Shown piece by piece: positions 25,619 through 35,515 of a DNA stretch of 56,677 nucleotides. A program made the translations under genes and the position numbers. Under the pieces are notes generated by a model. The model did no database searches. It was not told the origin of the DNA and was given only the letters and a program-made list of their open reading frames with translations. Positions within the stretch are counted from its first letter, which is position 1; each line of letters starts with the position of its first letter. This DNA is from a virus (Duplodnaviria; Caudoviricetes), in IMG/VR virus record IMGVR_UViG_3300001847_000386, positions 1 through 56,677 of that record; one strand, given 5' to 3'.

Positions 25619-28600
25619 TATTGATTAATTTGTGTATTTTGGTTAGATAAATCAACATTTAAATTTTGGAATATTTCACCAACTTTATTTTTTAAATTAT
25701 CACTAGCATCTTGTGGAATAAGAATAGTTTGAGAAACATCACCTAATTGTTTATGAAAATCAATAATTACTGATGTCTCATTAGGAACTGGTCTCAATAT
25801 TGCAAAATTTTGACTGCTTATACTAGAATAATTTTTAAATGGTGGATCTACAGATATAGAAAATCTATTAGATAAACTTGATGATACCGGTGTAAATATT
25901 ACTTGTGAATTATTAGAAAGGGGAATTTGAGTATTTATAGTTTGCGGATTGCCAGGTATATTTAGATTATAGGATACTGGTACATATATATTAACAACAC
26001 TTCCTTGAATAGTTCTATAAGGAGATAAATTACTTGGTATTGTAAATGCCATATTTTCATTAGTTCCTATATCACTTGTAATACCTGAAACTGTTGCTCC
26101 ATTAGTAATAAATGTGCTACCATATGTAGTTGATGGTATTATTGCAGTGCCAGTACCAACTGTAAAACCGGCCCAATAGTGATCATAAATTGATCCAGCA
26201 GTAGTTATTAATTGTATAGTGCTGTAATTTTCACCAGGTCTACCCAAATTATTCCATGATAAATTAGGAATAAATGATACTATATTATTAACTCCTTGCC
26301 ATGTTAATCTTGACAAAGATGGATTAATTGGCTTATAATTTAAAGTTTGATTTTTGCCAGCTGTTAAAATAGTATAATATTCTGGTTTGGGACTTGTTAT
26401 TGATCCTATTCTTAATAGATCAAATGGTTTTATTAAAGATTCTTCAATAACAGGAGAATAGTATGCTGTAGTATTTGAATTTGGATCGGGTATAAATTTT
26501 GATCCTGTTACTAATACTGGTGTCATTTCATCAGAAAATACTATCCCATTACTAGAACTAACTGTAAAAATTGAACTTCCAGATACGGTTGTTTCACTAG
26601 TATATCTGACACTAGTTACTAAAGGGTCATTTATTTCAAAAAATGGGCTTGTTATATTATTATACACACCAGCAGTCATTATTTTACTATCAGAAATTGT
26701 TGGTTTTCCTATTTCAAATGCTAAATATCTACCGAATTCTAATTGCGCTGATGAATCAACTAAATAAAATACCAATCTTAAACAATCTCCATAATTAAAT
26801 GTTTTTTGTATTCCATTATTTTTATAATAATTAAAATTTTGATTAGCATTATTTGGATTATAATTCAAATCATCAACTAAAACATGTTCTGTCAATGCGT
26901 GCGATACCCCTCTTTTTAATCCTGGCATATAGATTGTATTCGTCCAACCGTTTGTTTGAGTACCATTGATATTATCACCAATATTTGGATTCATTCTAGT
27001 ACTAGCAACATATTCCCAACTTGTATCAATATTAGGAGTTGTAGTTTTTTCTAAGACCCCTACCAATTTGTAATGTGCACCAGTTCCCTGACGATAGCGT
27101 GTTCCACCATCATCCTGCCTAAATGGTCTTGTAATGTAGTTATTATTGTTAAATGCTTCATAGCGGCCATCACACAAAGAGCAACCGCAGCAACAACAAT
27201 CGCCTTCTGTATGGTGACAATCAACATACCCGTTTTCTCCATTCGATTCATTCTCATAACAAAATGCCATACCTACAGTAAAATAAGCTTTTAAATTATA
27301 CGTAGCAGGCCTTTGTACTTTATATGCATATAATCCAGCTGGATCTTGTATAGTATTAACATCAAAATTTTCAGTATAGTATCCACCAGAAACAAAACTA
27401 TTAAATTTAAATAAATTAAATGCATATATTTTTCTAGACCAATGATCTAGATCAAATGAATTATTAGGAAATCCACCAAGCTGATCTATGTTTAGCCAAT
27501 CTTTTTCATAATAGTGCCATAGAGTATTTCCTTGCGCATCTAATGCAACTTTATTTTGCCATTGCGCTTTAGTTAAAGCTGTTGCCATAGGCAATGTCTC
27601 AAATGGTTGTGCACTATTAACGCCGGGTAATCCATTATAATTAGTACTAAATACATATCCTATATTAGATGTTGTATTTTGTGGAGGTAAATCTGGAAAA
27701 TCTTGATCCTGATTCCATAAAACTGTCCCAGTATTTTGATAAAAATAAGAATTTCTATCATATCCTTTTATACCAGCACCTAAAACAGTTTCTCCTTGGG
27801 GATTATCATTTTGAAATTTCAATACTTCATTAGACTGTCTAAAAATAACGGGTTCATATGAATAACCACCTTTAAAAATACTTTTATTTCCATCAAGAGT
27901 TGTTTGAAGAGACGGTCTAATAGTATCAGATAAAGATAATTTTACAATATCACCAGTTTTAAATGTATTTTGAACTTCAAATAAATTATCATTTCTTAAT
28001 GATAAATCTAATACATTTGAATTTTCATCTACTAAATATTTTAGATATATTGTAGTTTTGTCATAAAAATTTAAAGATTGACTTGGGATATTTTTAACCC
28101 AGCCAATTTTATAAGAATTATGATTAATTACAGGTTCTTTACCATATGATTTATCTCCATTATATATTTCAATTGGATATTGTTGTAAAGATATTTTTGC
28201 ATAAGGATTTCCTTGTGAATTTATACCTACAAAAGTATTAATTGTTTGTGGATTTGAAGTTCCATTTAATTTTTCAGATACTGCTAAAAGAACATAGTCT
28301 GTAGGTAAATTATTATCTACTAATCTATAAGCAAAATTTAATTTAAACACTTGACCATTATTAGTCCCTATATTATCAGGACCTGCTTGATAAACAATAA
28401 ATTCTTTATTTGCACTATTAATTAGCGGTGTTAAAAATTTAATTGTTATATCATCTAATGGTGGAGCATATATCTGTATAGTACTAAATGTATCTGTAGA
28501 TCTTGGAGAAGATTTATTCCAACTTTGCCAATCAAATGAAGGTAAAAACTCTCCTACTGAATATACTATATCGTAGTAAGATACTTTTGTATATTCATTA

Positions 28601-31338
28601 TATTTTTTTCCAACCATTTTCGATCCATAATATCTAGGTATCGTACTTCTTTGAGTAAAATAATTATAATCTTGTAATTCAGCATATGGACTATTAGGAT
28701 CAGTATATGTTGAATAATTATTTGATATTGATTTATTAATTGATTGCGTAATTATTCCTAAATTCACAGGAGTATTTAGATTATTAGAATAATCAAGATC
28801 TAAATATCTTTGCGATCTAATTGAGCTTGTTATATTTTGAAATAAAGGACCATAATTAATAGGATAGGTATTTGTTATAGTTTTCGACAAATCATTTTGA
28901 TTACCTATTGTATCTATATTAACTCCTAATAAATCTGTTCCTTGATATTCCCCAGTATAGTTTTCAAACCCAAAGGAGTTTGTTACTGGAATATATCCCA
29001 TTGATGATGTAACTAAATTATATGTTGTTGTTGGTATATTAAATTGATTTGCATATGATCCAGAAATATCAGCCGTGTCTATTGATTCACTTAAATTATT
29101 AAAAAATTCTGTATCTGGTTCATTCCTTGCATACTTATTTCTTTCTAATATATGCGGTTTTATAATTATTCCTGTTGACAAATCAGTTCTTGCAGGAACA
29201 AAATCCTTCAACATTTTAAATAATGAATTATTATAAAACTTTATAAGTCTTATATATTCCCAAACATTATGATTATATGCATAATTTTGAAAATAATTAT
29301 TTTTATAAATGTCTAATGCCTCATATGAAGATGAGTATAAATATCCAGGGCTTGATATATAATTATCAATTCTAAAATTAGGATCAGATCCAGTTATATC
29401 AGCATTTATAATATCTGCTGGTGAAAATCCTATTTCTAAACTAACACTATTTTTTCTATAATTACTATATTCTGGTATTTGTAGAGTTGCATCTTTTGAC
29501 AAAACAGATTCAGATAATTCATTTAGCTGAAAAATATTTATTTTATTATTATTTAACTGCTCTAAATCATAAGATCCAGAAATTAGCTCTCCACCAAATT
29601 CATTCACTCTTAATATAGTATCTGGTATACCATAACAAGATATAAGGGCTTTTATACCTCTCTCAGTACCTCTTGTTTTTAATAAATAGGGTAAGTTATG
29701 ATATAATCTTTTATATATTTCTTTTTGAATTTGATCATATGGTAACGTTTGTATACTAGAAGTTACATAACTAATAGGATATGTTGGAGATCCTTCAGAG
29801 CCTGTTGGTGGAAGATTACTTCCATTTTGATCAAAACCAAATAAACTATAAAAAACATTATCTGATAGATTTGTGTTTGTATATAGTTGTACACCAAATC
29901 CTTTTAACGCATCAGCAACTAGATCAAGTGAAATACCAGTGTTTGGATTGTTAGTACCATTATATCTATTTGTTACATCTTTATAATAAATCCAAACATT
30001 ATCAAAATGTTGGCCAATCATATCAAGAAATACTGTATATGGCTCATTTTGTGGATCATCTAAAATATATTGAGGAATAATTGATTTTAATAAATCTTTA
30101 TTTGTTTGATCATAAAAAGATGCTGAATATAACATTGATACCCCTAACACAGAAGGTAAGGTTGATTCAGACCCTAACCAGTTATATGCCTCAGAAGATG
30201 TTACAGAATATAAAGTATATGGTTTAGTTATATTACTTTTTGGCCAAGCAAATGATTCAGAAGCATAATATAAATAATACTCATAGGTATCAAATTTTTG
30301 TATAATGTTATCAATACTATTTTGTATAATTTGTATTGATGCAGATGTTATGCTTTGATTGCCAGGTATTAGTGATTGAGATAGGATTTGTTCATTATAT
30401 GATTCTATTAATCCTAACTTATACACAAAGTTGTTTATTCTTTCAGTCGCACTAGAAAAATGAATAAAATTATTGAAATTAGTATAATCTACATTTATTG
30501 ATACCGCTTTATCGTCATAATAAGACATCAACTGTTGTAAAGATGATGAAACTGTAGACGAAAATAATGTTGAATAAGAATAATATGGTGTAGTTTGTCC
30601 TATTTTCTCTGTTACTTCTACTTTAAAATTAGGACCTCTTAATCTATTATCGACTACTACCTGCTCTGCTTGAACTTGTATATCAACTTTAAAACTTGTA
30701 GACTCTGCTATTTTATCAACTATCCATAATGTAGACTTTAAATCAAATTCAACAGGTAGAGGTTCATATAATTTAATTAAAACATAATTTTCACCATTTT
30801 GATTAACATATGCCGCATTTACAGCTATAATTAATTTATTGTTACCAAAATTTAAATAAAAATCACCAAAATAATTTTTTTGAGCTGTATAAGTTTGAAA
30901 TTGAGAAACTCCTTTTCTCATTGATTCTCCACTAATAGCTTGTGAAGAGAGTTTTAATTCTAATCTACTATTTGAAATCTCTTTAATCCAATAAGTACTA
31001 TTAAAACTAGAATTAAGTATATTCTTTAAGAAGTTATATTGTATATTAACAACACCTCTATTTATACCCTTTGATTTGACATCTTTTTCAGGATCGACTA
31101 TTACAGCTGTTGATTTATCTGATACTGCACTTATCTCTCCTGCAACATAATAATTTTTAGAATTGTAACTATAATCTAATAAATTAGAATTTTCATCAGT
31201 AATAAAAAATTCTATATAATCATTTGTATCACCGAATGAATTATTTATGAAATTACTATTTATTAAGGCTAAATCTTTACTAGAATATGTTTGCTCATTA
31301 ATACCTGAACCATTATATAGTATATTAACTACTTCCAT
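25618..31338 (-). CDS. large baseplate wedge/structural protein (gp7/gpI-like core)
   Basis: LLKTRGTERGIKALISCYGIP..LRVNE motif; located in the baseplate module. Confidence 0.7.
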   Translation of the reverse strand: MEVVNILYNGSGINEQTYSSKDLALINSNFINNSFGDTNDYIEFFITDENSNLLDYSYNSKNYYVAGEISAVSDKSTAVIVDPEKDVKSKGINRGVVNIQYNFLKNILNSSFNSTYWIKEISNSRLELKLSSQAISGESMRKGVSQFQTYTAQKNYFGDFYLNFGNNKLIIAVNAAYVNQNGENYVLIKLYEPLPVEFDLKSTLWIVDKIAESTSFKVDIQVQAEQVVVDNRLRGPNFKVEVTEKIGQTTPYYSYSTLFSSTVSSSLQQLMSYYDDKAVSINVDYTNFNNFIHFSSATERINNFVYKLGLIESYNEQILSQSLIPGNQSITSASIQIIQNSIDNIIQKFDTYEYYLYYASESFAWPKSNITKPYTLYSVTSSEAYNWLGSESTLPSVLGVSMLYSASFYDQTNKDLLKSIIPQYILDDPQNEPYTVFLDMIGQHFDNVWIYYKDVTNRYNGTNNPNTGISLDLVADALKGFGVQLYTNTNLSDNVFYSLFGFDQNGSNLPPTGSEGSPTYPISYVTSSIQTLPYDQIQKEIYKRLYHNLPYLLKTRGTERGIKALISCYGIPDTILRVNEFGGELISGSYDLEQLNNNKINIFQLNELSESVLSKDATLQIPEYSNYRKNSVSLEIGFSPADIINADITGSDPNFRIDNYISSPGYLYSSSYEALDIYKNNYFQNYAYNHNVWEYIRLIKFYNNSLFKMLKDFVPARTDLSTGIIIKPHILERNKYARNEPDTEFFNNLSESIDTADISGSYANQFNIPTTTYNLVTSSMGYIPVTNSFGFENYTGEYQGTDLLGVNIDTIGNQNDLSKTITNTYPINYGPLFQNITSSIRSQRYLDLDYSNNLNTPVNLGIITQSINKSISNNYSTYTDPNSPYAELQDYNYFTQRSTIPRYYGSKMVGKKYNEYTKVSYYDIVYSVGEFLPSFDWQSWNKSSPRSTDTFSTIQIYAPPLDDITIKFLTPLINSANKEFIVYQAGPDNIGTNNGQVFKLNFAYRLVDNNLPTDYVLLAVSEKLNGTSNPQTINTFVGINSQGNPYAKISLQQYPIEIYNGDKSYGKEPVINHNSYKIGWVKNIPSQSLNFYDKTTIYLKYLVDENSNVLDLSLRNDNLFEVQNTFKTGDIVKLSLSDTIRPSLQTTLDGNKSIFKGGYSYEPVIFRQSNEVLKFQNDNPQGETVLGAGIKGYDRNSYFYQNTGTVLWNQDQDFPDLPPQNTTSNIGYVFSTNYNGLPGVNSAQPFETLPMATALTKAQWQNKVALDAQGNTLWHYYEKDWLNIDQLGGFPNNSFDLDHWSRKIYAFNLFKFNSFVSGGYYTENFDVNTIQDPAGLYAYKVQRPATYNLKAYFTVGMAFCYENESNGENGYVDCHHTEGDCCCCGCSLCDGRYEAFNNNNYITRPFRQDDGGTRYRQGTGAHYKLVGVLEKTTTPNIDTSWEYVASTRMNPNIGDNINGTQTNGWTNTIYMPGLKRGVSHALTEHVLVDDLNYNPNNANQNFNYYKNNGIQKTFNYGDCLRLVFYLVDSSAQLEFGRYLAFEIGKPTISDSKIMTAGVYNNITSPFFEINDPLVTSVRYTSETTVSGSSIFTVSSSNGIVFSDEMTPVLVTGSKFIPDPNSNTTAYYSPVIEESLIKPFDLLRIGSITSPKPEYYTILTAGKNQTLNYKPINPSLSRLTWQGVNNIVSFIPNLSWNNLGRPGENYSTIQLITTAGSIYDHYWAGFTVGTGTAIIPSTTYGSTFITNGATVSGITSDIGTNENMAFTIPSNLSPYRTIQGSVVNIYVPVSYNLNIPGNPQTINTQIPLSNNSQVIFTPVSSSLSNRFSISVDPPFKNYSSISSQNFAILRPVPNETSVIIDFHKQLGDVSQTILIPQDASDNLKNKVGEIFQNLNVDLSNQNTQINQ

Positions 31339-31351
31339 TAATTTTTATTTA

Positions 31352-31687
31352 TTATGTTAAGTTAGATATTGTCAAATATGTATCACTTAAATCTATTATC
31401 TGTTGTTTTAGTGAATTGATTTCCTCTATTAGAGCTGCTTTTTCTGCATCCTCTACTGCACCGCCAATATATTGTTGACTTCTTTTCACTAAAAGTTCGT
31501 GAGAATTATCACCTGTTACTGGTATATCATAAAATAATTGATCATAATAAGAGAAAAAACTTTCAACTGTAACTGTTGGAGTTTGAACAGGTTGGGGAGC
31601 GCTAATAAATTCATGAAAATTAGTATCTATTACATTTTTATATGTGCTAATACCTTTTACATCTTTGATTAAGTCTACTTTTGGCAT
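31352..31687 (-). CDS. hypothetical virion protein
   Basis: 111-aa ORF coupled to neighbours. Confidence 0.7.
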   Translation of the reverse strand: MPKVDLIKDVKGISTYKNVIDTNFHEFISAPQPVQTPTVTVESFFSYYDQLFYDIPVTGDNSHELLVKRSQQYIGGAVEDAEKAALIEEINSLKQQIIDLSDTYLTISNLT

Positions 31688-32748
31688 TATCTAATTATTT
31701 TAAAAATATTATTATTATCGACAATATAAGATTCCCCAGAATCTAATACAATTTTTATTAATATTTTATAATATCTTTCTAGTTCTAATCCATTTGTAAA
31801 AATATTTATAAAACTTCCTTGTTCATCACAACTAATCTTTGTGTAATCTTCATCAAAATCAAATATTATATCCTCTGTTTTCACATCCTGAATTGACCAA
31901 TATGATGTTTCAGGAAGAGCTTTATTTACAGTATAAATTGAAGCTGTAGAGAAAGTTCTAACTGGGTATTTATCTCTTGCAGAAACTCTAAATTGATATT
32001 TACCATCATTGGCTTTAATTTTATATGGATTATTAGCTATAGTTATTATAGTATTAGAATTATCTATAATTGCTAAATCTCCATTATTATAAGTACTATC
32101 ATCCCATCTTATTTCTAAACAAGGAGGAAATATTGTATGAGTATCAACACTAAAATAACTTAGTGTTATAAAACTATCTTGATTATTTTCAATAGCAGTT
32201 TCATGTTTTATAATAATACCATAGTTATTATCTCCATTAAACCAATTCTGGACTATTTGTGTTATATCAGCATTAATATCCTTATCATCTTTATAATCAA
32301 ATGATTGAACCACCCCATTTGACCAGGAACCACCTCCAGGAGTGATATAATATGATGGATTAGACCATGTATTTGAACCTCCTATGTATGATCCGGTACT
32401 ATACCAACTAACACCATTTGTAGTCTGTGGACTGTCTAAAAATTTACCTGTGCCCATTAACCAATCATCTGTTATTTGATTAAATTCCAAAGTATATGGA
32501 ATAGATAATCCTTCAGCATTTGCTAAATATAATTTTAAATTAGCTTGCCAAGAGTATTCAGATTTTAGATTATTTATTATTTCAAGATCAGAGTCACTAA
32601 ATTTAATTAGAGCTCTTCTTATATCATCTTGAGATATTCCATTATTTTTTACAGACACCTCTAAAATTTCATCGAGCCCTGTATTTTTTATAGGCGCTGA
32701 TGAATATATTGTGGAGTCTGCTGAGGGGAATATTTTATATATTGCCAT
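31687..32748 (-). CDS. virion protein with DNRLRE-like domain
   Basis: ADSTIYS...N.G.DEILEV...RALIKF...W..G.G...P.LEIRWD pattern. Confidence 0.55.
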   Translation of the reverse strand: MAIYKIFPSADSTIYSSAPIKNTGLDEILEVSVKNNGISQDDIRRALIKFSDSDLEIINNLKSEYSWQANLKLYLANAEGLSIPYTLEFNQITDDWLMGTGKFLDSPQTTNGVSWYSTGSYIGGSNTWSNPSYYITPGGGSWSNGVVQSFDYKDDKDINADITQIVQNWFNGDNNYGIIIKHETAIENNQDSFITLSYFSVDTHTIFPPCLEIRWDDSTYNNGDLAIIDNSNTIITIANNPYKIKANDGKYQFRVSARDKYPVRTFSTASIYTVNKALPETSYWSIQDVKTEDIIFDFDEDYTKISCDEQGSFINIFTNGLELERYYKILIKIVLDSGESYIVDNNNIFKIIR

Positions 32749-32760
32749 TTTTTATTTCAA

Positions 32761-34617
32761 TTAAAAAGTTACTATTCTTCCTTGAATATCTATATCTGGA
32801 TTCTTTAATTCAAAGATACATGGATCTAATGATGGATATATAACTCCATTTATAGTTGCTCCAGGAATATCATAAGAATATTTAGAATATCCGCTTGATT
32901 CGCCAACATTATTAACAATTTCTACTTTTTTTACAGTTTGTACTCCAGCAACTTGATCTAGTAAAGAATATATATTTGATAGTATAATTGGTTCATTAAT
33001 CTGCCAATTTTTAATATCAAAATATTCTTTTAATACTAATATACATCTAGCTAATACATCTTGTCCTGAATAATTAGGTCTAATTACTATTTGGAAATTA
33101 CAACCAATATTAACTATATATGCAGACTTTATATCTACAGCGTCAGTTAATAATCTATAATCAGATAAATAAGATTGCAAATTTTCTAGTAAAGGTTGTG
33201 TTGGTTTTGATAGTTTTCCATTAACATCTAATCCAAGAACATATAAACTAACTAATACTTGATCTCTTTGTGTTAAATCTTTTCCAATATAATTTATAAA
33301 AGTTGAATCATCTTTAGTTATAAAGATTTTAGATATTTTTCCAAATCTAGATGGCATACTCAATGCTCTTGCCATATAATCCTCTTGAGTAACTGCCCTT
33401 AATTGAGATGGAAATTGTGCTAATGTATTTAGTCTTAATTCCTCAATAGTATCACCATCTCCTCCTCCATTAGCAGGACCAGGATTGTTTGTAGCTATAG
33501 TCGTTTTAAATGTATCAAATAAACCAGTAGCTTTAAAACTTACTGGTATTGTTAATTCATTTGATAAAGCATTTGCACTTGCACCTCCACCTGCTAAATA
33601 CTGAATTGTTAATGTTGTATTTCTAGGAGCTAATCCGTATGTTTGCGTTGTTACAAAATTTGTTGGATCAAATGATGCAGTAAATGAATCACCTCCAACA
33701 GTCATACCCATACTTATTGAACTAGGATTAGGTAATATAGATTCATCTGGTATAAATTGATTTGCAACAGTATTTATACCAGGTCCAAATTCCAAAACTA
33801 AAGATTCATTAGATAAAAACCTACTTGTAAAACGTCTAGGAACTTTTATTCTATCTAATAGATATGGTACTTGATTATTTGTATTTGGATCTGTATTTTG
33901 TATAGCATCTATTATAGTGTCTTGAGCTAAATAGGGGACTTCATACCATTTATTTCCATCACTATCAGTTACATCTAAAATATTAATTATATTAGAATCT
34001 TGTATTGTTATACTAGGGAATCTTTGTGCAGCACCAAATGAGAAAGTTGCTGTTTTTACTTCTCCTGAAATAGCTCTTGCTTTTTTTGTAAATAAATAGC
34101 TATTTGGATTACCTCCTGCTGTAGTCAATATGTTTATTGTAGTAGGATCGTATGATGATGATGTAGTAAAGTCAATTTTATTTGGTATATAAAAAAAACT
34201 AGAATTATTAACATTAGATTTTATTTGCATTCCAGGTTCCACTATTAATGCATATTGAAAATCTGGTATATACTCAAATGAAATTGGGTCTATTGTAGCT
34301 GGCACAGTTTGATAAACATCTAAATCAACAATTGCTGCAGACGTTACTTTTGGTCTATAACCTAACATATATGCCATTGTATATAAATTATTAGGTTGTT
34401 TAGCATATTGTAAGAAGGTCTCCTGTAATTGATTATCTAAATAAAATGATAGAACATCACCTACATAAGCCGCCATTTCAATAAACATTGATCCTGGTGA
34501 TGCTTGGCTAAAATCATTATATACTGTCGGATAATAAGATTTAGCGTATTCTATCAAGTCAGACTTGAAGGTAGAAAAATCTTTATTTAAATATTTTATG
34601 TCTTTTTCTTCTGCCAT
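32761..34617 (-). CDS. baseplate wedge protein (T4 gp6 / baseplate J-like)
   Basis: YLNKDF..K..L, EMAAYVGDVLSFY.D, GG.D.D..EE.R and RAVTQEDY motifs. Confidence 0.9.
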   Translation of the reverse strand: MAEEKDIKYLNKDFSTFKSDLIEYAKSYYPTVYNDFSQASPGSMFIEMAAYVGDVLSFYLDNQLQETFLQYAKQPNNLYTMAYMLGYRPKVTSAAIVDLDVYQTVPATIDPISFEYIPDFQYALIVEPGMQIKSNVNNSSFFYIPNKIDFTTSSSYDPTTINILTTAGGNPNSYLFTKKARAISGEVKTATFSFGAAQRFPSITIQDSNIINILDVTDSDGNKWYEVPYLAQDTIIDAIQNTDPNTNNQVPYLLDRIKVPRRFTSRFLSNESLVLEFGPGINTVANQFIPDESILPNPSSISMGMTVGGDSFTASFDPTNFVTTQTYGLAPRNTTLTIQYLAGGGASANALSNELTIPVSFKATGLFDTFKTTIATNNPGPANGGGDGDTIEELRLNTLAQFPSQLRAVTQEDYMARALSMPSRFGKISKIFITKDDSTFINYIGKDLTQRDQVLVSLYVLGLDVNGKLSKPTQPLLENLQSYLSDYRLLTDAVDIKSAYIVNIGCNFQIVIRPNYSGQDVLARCILVLKEYFDIKNWQINEPIILSNIYSLLDQVAGVQTVKKVEIVNNVGESSGYSKYSYDIPGATINGVIYPSLDPCIFELKNPDIDIQGRIVTF

Positions 34618-34619
34618 TT

Positions 34620-35045
34620 TTATCCATTTTGAACTACTATAGTAGCTGTATCAGTTTGTGATGTGTTTATTATTTTGTAACTAAATTTTATTGTTATAGA
34701 ATTATAGTTTGGTTGACCAACCACTTTTAATTCAGTAACTTCTATATTAGGAAAATTTGATTCTATTTGTTTTGAAAGAGTATCCTCTAGATTAGAAATA
34801 GACTCTTGAGTTATTTGTTCAAATAATCTTGATCTTAATCCAGCCCCAAAAGAGGGATTAAAAGGTCTTTCTCTTTTATCTGTTAATAAATAGTTTATTA
34901 TATTAAATTTAGTTTGCTCTTTAGTAGTATATACTGAAGTAAATACAGATGGGGATGAAAATGGGATTTGTACTCCAATTGCAGTTGAAGGTTTTAAATC
35001 AAGAGGTGATATTTGTTTTAATCCGTATGCCATTTTATATTGCAC
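34620..35045 (-). CDS. baseplate wedge / sheath initiator (T4 gp25-like)
   Basis: LLT.K.ER.FNP.FG..L...LFE motif; probable start at 35033 (MAYGL). Confidence 0.85.
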   Translation of the reverse strand: MQYKMAYGLKQISPLDLKPSTAIGVQIPFSSPSVFTSVYTTKEQTKFNIINYLLTDKRERPFNPSFGAGLRSRLFEQITQESISNLEDTLSKQIESNFPNIEVTELKVVGQPNYNSITIKFSYKIINTSQTDTATIVVQNG

Positions 35046-35493
35046 CTTTTGCCATTAAATTTTTCATAAGACCTGAGTAATCTGGAACTTCATTTATTTG
35101 TACCATTGAAATATCAGAACTAGGTCTTGCACTTGATAACATTCCATTTATATCACCAACTGATGCCTCAGTGGGTTGAAAAAATGATGTTGGATTAATA
35201 TTATCTGTTGAAAAACTTAATGTTTCTATATCATCACTTCCCATTGATTGTGCTGTTTCATTTAACAAATCATTTAGAGGTGATGATTTTGAAAAAATCA
35301 TTTCAGGTTTTTTCTTATATGTTTCTGCTGTATTTAATGTTAAAGGAACTTGCGTTTTTTTCATTTCCTTTATTATATTTTCTTTACCAGCAGGTCTTTG
35401 TTGTATTTCTGATATAACTTTAGGTAGTTCTTGCCTTAAAGCTATTATAAGCTCTTCTCTAATAATTTTCCTAAGTAAGTCTATTTTTGCCAT
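35035..35493 (-). CDS. hypothetical protein
   Basis: 152-aa ORF, LRKIIREE N-terminus, ATATTTAT upstream. Confidence 0.7.
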   Translation of the reverse strand: MAKIDLLRKIIREELIIALRQELPKVISEIQQRPAGKENIIKEMKKTQVPLTLNTAETYKKKPEMIFSKSSPLNDLLNETAQSMGSDDIETLSFSTDNINPTSFFQPTEASVGDINGMLSSARPSSDISMVQINEVPDYSGLMKNLMAKGAI

Positions 35494-35515
35494 TTTTTAT
35501 AAATATTGTTTTTGT

